A DNA stretch of 64,000 nucleotides from Bdellovibrionales bacterium (lineage in GTDB: Bacteria > Bdellovibrionota > Bdellovibrionia > Bdellovibrionales > DASUEL01), in the NCBI GenBank assembly GCA_050250255.1, contig JBFWOZ010000005.1, forward strand, positions 32,001 to 96,000, written 5' to 3'. This document shows, one piece after another, positions 57,756 through 64,000 of the stretch. How positions within the stretch are numbered: the first letter of the stretch is position 1; each line of letters opens with the position of its first letter. The notes under the pieces were generated by a model. It did not search any database. It was given only the letters and a program-made list of their open reading frames with translations, and was not told where the DNA came from. A program made the position numbers and the translations under genes.

Positions 57756-59227
57756 GCGTTCACCTCCGCGATAGTTGTTGCTGGAACACCCTTCATGTAG
57801 TGAACGGCTTCCGACAAGCTGACAGCCTCAGGAACAAAATTCACTCCACGCTTTACTTTGCGAATTTCGCCCGCATAATTCGTAAAAGTTCCATCTTTTT
57901 CCGCGAAAGACTTCATTGGAATTTGGTAAGAGAAGCCTGCAAACCCAGGAGATTTACAAGAGCTCAGCCAAATTACATCGGAAACTTTTGTGAGCGATTT
58001 TGCGACTGAATCAAGCTCTGGATAAACCGCGAGGTTTTCAGGACCTGCTACAACAACAGCTTTAATCGTTCCCGCCTCTACAAGCTTCATTAAATCTTTT
58101 AAAGATCCTTGAGCTCCAGAGTCTTTCATGACTTTTTGTAGACCCGCCGTATTTGGATTTTTATCTCCTCGGATCAATAAGCCGTCAAAAGTATCGAAAG
58201 TCGCTTCGTTGTTTTTCCAATGGAAAATATTCTTCGATTTCAGTTCTGTCGTAAAATACTTCGTAATATCGCTCAATTCCTCATTGGTGTACTGAGCCGT
58301 TAAAAGAAGTGCGATAGCTTGTGGTCCATGTTTTTTCAAAGTTTGCGCGGCTTGCTCAAGAGCTTCACGAGTGCTCAATTGACCATTTTTGCCTTGAGCA
58401 TGTCTTAATCGAGCTTCTAGGTTCACAAACTTATAAACATCGCGACCTTCATCGCACATCCAGTGACCGTTTACCTTTTCGTCGTAAACGGGCTTCACGC
58501 GGAAAAGACCATTCTGGTTGTGAGAGATTTTTACCGCACAACCGGTAGCACAGCCATTACAGGTCGTTTCAAAGTCTTTGAGATACCAAACGCGCTGACG
58601 AAAACGGAAATCTTTTGAAGTGAGAGCTCCCACCGGGCAAATATCCACCGTGTTCACGGAATATTTGTTATCGAGAGGACGATTCTCAAACGTACCGATT
58701 TCGCTGTGATCACCACGATTAAAAATTCCAAGTTCGTTTGTCTTTGTCACTTCTTCTGTAAAACGAACGCAACGAGAACAAAGAATACAGCGTTCGCTAT
58801 CAAGAACTACCGTTGGGCCAAGATCGACCACCTTGTGTTTTTTCTCTTTTTTCTCGCCCATTTCAGGATCGTATTTTCCGTAGGTCATGTAGAACTCTTG
58901 AAGCCCACATTCACCCGCTTGATCACAGATAGGACAATCAAGAGGGTGATTGATCAAATGGAAATCGAGAGTCCACTTTACACTCTCTTTTACTTTTTCT
59001 GTTTTGTTGGTGACCTTCATTCCCTCGACAACGGGAGTGTTACAGGCGATTTGAAGTTTGGGATTCCCCTCAACTTCCACCATACACATACGACAAACGC
59101 CCGCGACGGAAAGTCCAGGATGCCAACAGTAATAGGCAATATCCTCTTTCAGCTGACTGAAAGCTTCCATAATGGTGGCGCCATCTTTAACAACAACTTC
59201 TTTGCCGTTAATGGTGCATTTGGGCAT
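57752..59227 (-). CDS. nuoG: NADH-quinone oxidoreductase subunit G (short form, 491 aa)
   Basis: ATG 59227 (MPKCTING); CWHPGLSVAGVCRMC, HPLDCPICDQAGEC, CILCSRC, CNGCATGC. Confidence 0.93.
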   Translation of the reverse strand: MPKCTINGKEVVVKDGATIMEAFSQLKEDIAYYCWHPGLSVAGVCRMCMVEVEGNPKLQIACNTPVVEGMKVTNKTEKVKESVKWTLDFHLINHPLDCPICDQAGECGLQEFYMTYGKYDPEMGEKKEKKHKVVDLGPTVVLDSERCILCSRCVRFTEEVTKTNELGIFNRGDHSEIGTFENRPLDNKYSVNTVDICPVGALTSKDFRFRQRVWYLKDFETTCNGCATGCAVKISHNQNGLFRVKPVYDEKVNGHWMCDEGRDVYKFVNLEARLRHAQGKNGQLSTREALEQAAQTLKKHGPQAIALLLTAQYTNEELSDITKYFTTELKSKNIFHWKNNEATFDTFDGLLIRGDKNPNTAGLQKVMKDSGAQGSLKDLMKLVEAGTIKAVVVAGPENLAVYPELDSVAKSLTKVSDVIWLSSCKSPGFAGFSYQIPMKSFAEKDGTFTNYAGEIRKVKRGVNFVPEAVSLSEAVHYMKGVPATTIAEVNA

Positions 59228-60479
59228 AGCTCTTTCCTTCTCTGATGAACGTTTCAAATTCGTCACGAAATTTTGATACAAAACTAATAGCTGGTAATGC
59301 AGCGGCATCAGAAAGCGCGCAGATCGTTCGGCCCATCATGTTTTTAGAAACATTAAGTACGAGATCTAAATCTTGAGGTTTTCCTTGGCCTGCAACAATT
59401 TTACGAAGCATTTTATCAAGCCATCCAGTTCCTTCACGACAAGGAGTGCACTGACCGCAGGATTCATGATGATAGAAATTCATGATGACCGAGAGAAGAT
59501 CCACCATATCGCGCGAATCATCGATGATAATCACAGCCCCTGAACCAAGCATGGAACCCATTTGCGCAAGACATTCATAATCCATCGTCGCCATTTTACA
59601 TTCTTCAGCCGTTAACACCGGAGCGGAAGATCCACCTGGAATCACCGCTTTGAGTTTACGACCCGGTCGAAGGCCCCCACACTCATTATTTATGAGATCC
59701 ATTAATGGATATCCGAGAGCCACTTCGTAAGTTCCAGGCTTGAGCACATCTCCACTCACGGAGAAAAGCTTAGTGCCCGCAGATTTTTCAGTTCCAAATT
59801 TTCGGTAAGCGGCCGCACCATCGCGAATGATCGGGATCACTGCCGCTAAAGTTTCTACATTGTTCACGACGGTTGGTTTTCTTAAGTAACCTTTAACCGC
59901 TGGAAAAGGCGGCTTCAGCTTCGGCTGACCTTTCAATCCCTCAAGAGAAGATATCATTCCTGTCTCTTCTCCACAGATATAAGCACCTGCCCCGCGATAG
60001 ACATCCATGTCATGGTCAAAACCAGAACCTAAGATGTTTTTCCCGAGCATGCCTTCGTCGTAAGCTTCTTGAATCGCTTTTTCGAGGACTTTGTAAGCGT
60101 AATTATATTCACCACGAATGTAGATGTAACTTTTCTTCGATTGAATCGCGAAACTGGAAATGATCATGCCCTCAATCAATTGGTGAGGAGCACGCTCCAT
60201 CATCAAACGATCCTTGAAGGTTCCGGGCTCCCCTTCATCCGCATTGCAGAGAAGGTAACGTTCTTCATTGTTCTTGGGCAGAAAGCTCCACTTGGTTCCC
60301 GTAGGAAAGCCTGCGCCTCCACGACCACGAAGACCTGATTCTTTCACGGTGCCGATGAGCTCTTCAGGCTTCATTTTCAAAGCCTTTTTGAGAATGCTGT
60401 ATCCATCGTGCTTGATGTAGCCCTTAATGCCTCGGTACTCGTCTTTATCGTAATGTAATGTGAGGAGTTTTGATTCCAT
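59208..60479 (-). CDS. nuoF: NADH-quinone oxidoreductase subunit F
   Basis: GRGGAGFPTG, NADEGEPG, GAGAYICGEET, ESCGQCTPCREG. Confidence 0.97.
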   Translation of the reverse strand: MESKLLTLHYDKDEYRGIKGYIKHDGYSILKKALKMKPEELIGTVKESGLRGRGGAGFPTGTKWSFLPKNNEERYLLCNADEGEPGTFKDRLMMERAPHQLIEGMIISSFAIQSKKSYIYIRGEYNYAYKVLEKAIQEAYDEGMLGKNILGSGFDHDMDVYRGAGAYICGEETGMISSLEGLKGQPKLKPPFPAVKGYLRKPTVVNNVETLAAVIPIIRDGAAAYRKFGTEKSAGTKLFSVSGDVLKPGTYEVALGYPLMDLINNECGGLRPGRKLKAVIPGGSSAPVLTAEECKMATMDYECLAQMGSMLGSGAVIIIDDSRDMVDLLSVIMNFYHHESCGQCTPCREGTGWLDKMLRKIVAGQGKPQDLDLVLNVSKNMMGRTICALSDAAALPAISFVSKFRDEFETFIREGKSYAQMHH

Positions 60480-60486
60480 CTTCTAC

Positions 60487-60993
60487 CTACTTGAATTCCG
60501 CAATCAGTTTATCGATTTTTTCTTGAGTGAGATTTTCATAGTATTCGTCGTTCACTTGCATCATGGGAGCAGTTCCGCAAGAACCCAAGCACTCCACTTT
60601 CGTGACCGTGAATTTTCCATCTTTTGTCATCTCATCAAGGCCCACTTGAAATTTATTGAGAAGCTTCTGCGTGATTTCACGCCCTCCAGCCATACAGCAA
60701 GAGATGTTACAGCAAACTTGAATATGATATTTGCCCACGGGTTTTTTGTTAAACATCGTGTAGAACATCGCCACTTCTTGAATACGAGCCGGTGGAATAT
60801 CCATCTCTTTTGAAAGAGTGTCGATGACCTCAGGGCTGATCCAGCCATTTTCCTTTTGCGCTTGATAGAGGCAAGGAATGATCGCCGACATTTTATCTTC
60901 ATAGCGATCCAATTCTTTTTTCACTAAGTCTTGGCCTTCTTTTGAAAGCTTAAAGGGAGCAGAATGTAGTTTTTCTTGTTGTGCCATCATCAA
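60487..60993 (-). CDS. nuoE: NADH-quinone oxidoreductase subunit E
   Basis: FYTMF, VCCNISC, VECLGSCGTAP. Confidence 0.95.
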   Translation of the reverse strand: MMMAQQEKLHSAPFKLSKEGQDLVKKELDRYEDKMSAIIPCLYQAQKENGWISPEVIDTLSKEMDIPPARIQEVAMFYTMFNKKPVGKYHIQVCCNISCCMAGGREITQKLLNKFQVGLDEMTKDGKFTVTKVECLGSCGTAPMMQVNDEYYENLTQEKIDKLIAEFK

Positions 60994-60996
60994 CTC

Positions 60997-62676
60997 CTAT
61001 CGATCCAATTCGCCAGCAATTAAATTGAGGCTTCCCAAAATCGAAATCACATCCGCCACAGGACCGCCCGTAATCATTTTTGGAAATGACTGATAAATCG
61101 CAAAACAAGGTGGTCGTGCTCTTAATCGGTAAGGTGCAGGGCCACCGTCACTCACCACAAAAAATCCAAGCTCCCCGTTTGCAGCTTCGGTTGCATCATA
61201 GATCTCGCCAGCCGGAGGTCTGAGACCCTTAATCACAAGCATGAAGTGGTTCATGAGGCCTTCAATGTTTCCGTAAACTTCTTTTTTCTCTGGAAGAACG
61301 ATGTTTTTGTCGCGAATGGTGTAATCCCCACCCGGAGCGTTCTTGGCCACTTGTTCAACAATCGAAAGAGATTCTTTCATCTCTGCCAAACGCACGAGGT
61401 AACGATCGTAAACATCGCCCGTTGTTCCTACTGGAACATCAAAATCAAGCGTTTCGTATCCGTAATAAGGATCTGCTTTACGAAGATCTAGACTCATGCC
61501 CGTAGCTCTTAAGCAAGGACCAGTAAATCCATACTGAATCGCTTCTTCCACTGAGATACCACCCACACCGCGGGTTCGCGAGATCCAGATTTTGTTATTG
61601 GTAAGAAGAGCATCGATTTCGTCGACACCTTTACGAATGTCTTTCACGGCCTCAAGCACATCGTTGAACCAACCTGGAGGAGCATCGTAAGACATTCCAC
61701 CAATACGAGTGAGAGAAACGGTCAAACGTGCACCACAAAGTTTTTCAAAAAGAGAGTAAACACGTTCACGATGCGTGAAGAGATAAAAGAAACCTGTAAG
61801 GGCTCCTAAATCCACCGCGTTCGCGCCGATACAGACGATATGATCAATCACGCGAGAGAGCTCTGCCAAAATAATCCGCATGGCTTTTGCTTTTGGCGGA
61901 ATATCAATGCCGTACATTTTTTCAATCGCCTTACAGTAACCCACATTATTCATAGGCGCCGAACAATAATTGAGACGATCTGTGTACGGAATGACTTGAT
62001 TATAAAAGTGAGTTTCGCCCATCTTTTCAAAACAGCGATGAAGAAATCCTAACTCCACTCCCGCGCGCGCTACGGTCTCACCATCAAGTTGCGCCATCAC
62101 CCGAAGAGTTCCGTGAGTCGCTGGGTGAGAAGGACCGATATTGAGAGGCATTAATTTTTTATCGGGATCTGGTTTATAAGTATCATCGTCTTCAAAGTGA
62201 AGAGGCATCACATCAGGACAATGTTGCTGGTAATCCGCTGGATAATCTTTACGAAGCGGGTGTCCCTTAAAGTGATGGTGAGTGAGAATTTTTTTAAGAT
62301 TGTGGTGACCACGAAACTTCACACCGAACATGTCAAAGGCTTCGCGCTCAAACCAATCGGCACCTTTCCAAACGGTGGTCGCCGTATCGATACTTTCGTT
62401 TTCCCCTACTTGAGCTTTAATACGAAGACGTTTTACCGTTTTCGAGGAGAACAGCTGATAGATCACTTCGAAACGCTTTTCGCGTATCGGGTAATCCACC
62501 GCCGTGACGTCCATCAAAAAATCAAACTGACCTGTTTGTTTTAAGTGGCGAAGAACCGGAATGACCTGTTCTTTTTTGAGTTCTAAAATATCGTTGCCGA
62601 AAGCCGTAGAAAATTTCATTTCTGAAGCCGGAACAAGATGACTTAAATCTGATTTTAAATTTTCGATATTGCTCAT
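60997..62676 (-). CDS. nuoCD: NADH-quinone oxidoreductase fused subunit C/D
   Basis: WFEREAFDMFG, GHPLRKDYP, NIGPSHPATHG, DRLNY, GELDR C-terminus. Confidence 0.96.
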   Translation of the reverse strand: MSNIENLKSDLSHLVPASEMKFSTAFGNDILELKKEQVIPVLRHLKQTGQFDFLMDVTAVDYPIREKRFEVIYQLFSSKTVKRLRIKAQVGENESIDTATTVWKGADWFEREAFDMFGVKFRGHHNLKKILTHHHFKGHPLRKDYPADYQQHCPDVMPLHFEDDDTYKPDPDKKLMPLNIGPSHPATHGTLRVMAQLDGETVARAGVELGFLHRCFEKMGETHFYNQVIPYTDRLNYCSAPMNNVGYCKAIEKMYGIDIPPKAKAMRIILAELSRVIDHIVCIGANAVDLGALTGFFYLFTHRERVYSLFEKLCGARLTVSLTRIGGMSYDAPPGWFNDVLEAVKDIRKGVDEIDALLTNNKIWISRTRGVGGISVEEAIQYGFTGPCLRATGMSLDLRKADPYYGYETLDFDVPVGTTGDVYDRYLVRLAEMKESLSIVEQVAKNAPGGDYTIRDKNIVLPEKKEVYGNIEGLMNHFMLVIKGLRPPAGEIYDATEAANGELGFFVVSDGGPAPYRLRARPPCFAIYQSFPKMITGGPVADVISILGSLNLIAGELDR

Positions 62677-62677
62677 G

Positions 62678-63235
62678 TTATTTCATCCACTCAGGTGGTT
62701 TCCAGTTGTCTTTCCAAGGTCGCGGAGCATAGGTCTCAATCATTTTCTGAATCGCCATCACTCCATCAAGCACAGCTTCAGGTGAGGGAGGGCAACCCGG
62801 AACATACACATCCACAGGAATCACTTTGTCGATTCCTTGAAGCACGTGATAGGCGCGGTAAAATCCACCAGAACTTGCACAAGCTCCCATAGAAAGAACA
62901 AATTTTGGTTCCAACATCTGTCGGTAAATATGCACAAGAACCGGCGCCATTTTTTCAGTAATCGTACCAGCTACAAGAAGAAGATCTGCTTGTCTTGGAG
63001 AGAATCGCACCACCTCTGCTCCGAATCGAGCTAAGTCATATTTTGGACCCATCACCGACATAAGCTCGATTCCGCAACAAGCAGTCCCGTAAGGAAGCGG
63101 CCACAGAGAATTTTTTTGTCCCCAAGCTACTAAATCTTGAAGTCGTGTTGTGAACACCGAGCTTTTTAAAAACTCATCCACTTCGTGGGAAGCTGGTGTC
63201 GCCGCATCAGTATTCGACGTCGCAGATACATTCAT
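62678..63235 (-). CDS. nuoB: NADH-quinone oxidoreductase subunit B
   Basis: [38 protein letters not shown]. Confidence 0.97.
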   Translation of the reverse strand: MNVSATSNTDAATPASHEVDEFLKSSVFTTRLQDLVAWGQKNSLWPLPYGTACCGIELMSVMGPKYDLARFGAEVVRFSPRQADLLLVAGTITEKMAPVLVHIYRQMLEPKFVLSMGACASSGGFYRAYHVLQGIDKVIPVDVYVPGCPPSPEAVLDGVMAIQKMIETYAPRPWKDNWKPPEWMK

Positions 63236-63442
63236 TGGTAGTCCCCCGACTATTGCGCTTAAATAGAGTCCAGATTTTCACATGACCAATTCGCTGATTC
63301 CAGCAAAATCTCGAGGGATTTCCTATTTGTAATGCCTCGCAAAAACTTCGCTTTTGCGAAGTGAGAGCGCCTCTCATCAACAGGAATTTTGATTGTTTTC
63401 TGAAGCCTCTTCGAAATAGGATTTTCATGAGGGGATGTGTAA

Positions 63443-64000
63443 ATGAGAACAGTGTTCAATAGAAGTTTGACGATTCTTTTTTTGGGTCTTACCGGCTGCG
63501 TGAGCCTTCACTCTTACATTCCAGCCATGCAAATGGAGTCTCCCGAAACAAACGGCAAGTGGCTGAAAGCACGGCTTCACTTTGCCGCCGCGTCGACGGC
63601 AGACATCACCGTTGTCGATGACGCCTCCTATCGCCCCCTCACCTTCCATTCGCCCACGCCAACCACACAAAGAGTGGAGTATTATCTTTCAGGCTCCATG
63701 GGTGTCATCGAGCGGCTCGATATCGGGCTGAAAGCGGGACTTCTTCACTCCCCGAACGTTCTTTTTATGAAGTACCAATTTTTAGGTGCGCCACTTCGCG
63801 AAGCAAAAGAGGGAAATCAGTCTCTCACAGTAATGGTCGGCGGAGGAACTTACTATTCTATTAAAGATGGAGACCAAAATGGAGTTTTTGGTCGTGGTGG
63901 TTACAAATGGAACGGAAAACTCCTCACCCATTCACGAGAGGGACAACTGATCTATGGTTACCGCGGGTCTGACACAACTTTATTTTACGGTGGACCTTTT
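63443..64000 (+). CDS. Hypothetical lipoprotein (runs off the right edge)
   Basis: Not in the ORF track. Manual translation MRTVFNRSLTILFLGLTG-C..., open for 186 codons to the window end; GAGGGG SD; beta-strand-rich. Confidence 0.75.
   Translation, partial: MRTVFNRSLTILFLGLTGCVSLHSYIPAMQMESPETNGKWLKARLHFAAASTADITVVDDASYRPLTFHSPTPTTQRVEYYLSGSMGVIERLDIGLKAGLLHSPNVLFMKYQFLGAPLREAKEGNQSLTVMVGGGTYYSIKDGDQNGVFGRGGYKWNGKLLTHSREGQLIYGYRGSDTTLFYGGPF

Noticed and set aside
63207..63670. Short minus-strand ORFs upstream of nuoB as a possible nuoA
   Set aside because: No transmembrane helices or NuoA motif; they overlap the promoter region and the plus-strand lipoprotein gene.

Overview
A mostly core chromosomal segment, probably from a predatory Bdellovibrionota (Bdellovibrionales-like) bacterium. 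The taxon is inferred from the flagellin type, the split nuo operon, the DUF222-like/HNH protein and many lineage-type secreted proteins and lipoproteins; no search was run. From left to right: (1) the ancestral tRNA(Thr,Tyr,Gly,Thr)-tuf-rpmG-tRNA(Trp)-secE-nusG-rplKAJL-rpoB block on the minus strand; (2) ntrY-ntrX-proS-pyrF-rlmB; (3) an apparently leaderless riboflavin operon; (4) an exported pseudo-subtilase / CsgG-FlgT-like lipoprotein / 5'-nucleotidase locus; (5) clpB and two hydrolases; (6) a flagellin with a sigma28-type promoter and a long GGA-hairpin leader, followed by a ~3.5 kb accessory patch. The patch holds two exported genes (one a divergent Fic) each preceded by the same 59-bp element, and an HNH gene bracketed by a 23-bp duplication; (7) a histone H1-like protein, a sensorless sigma54 activator, xerC-gmhB, and a FecR + TPR/beta-barrel pair; (8) mgtE-recO and a UDP-glucuronate/UDP-xylose glycan cluster containing a 117-bp palindromic element; (9) the soluble-arm complex I operon nuoB-CD-E-F-G-I. 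This operon runs directly into a second, degenerate NuoB/C/D/I-like module and an IscS-like pseudoenzyme. The best candidates for undescribed systems are this 'shadow' complex I module and the repeat-delimited effector/HNH patch after the flagellin. No CRISPR array, rRNA or intact transposase was seen.
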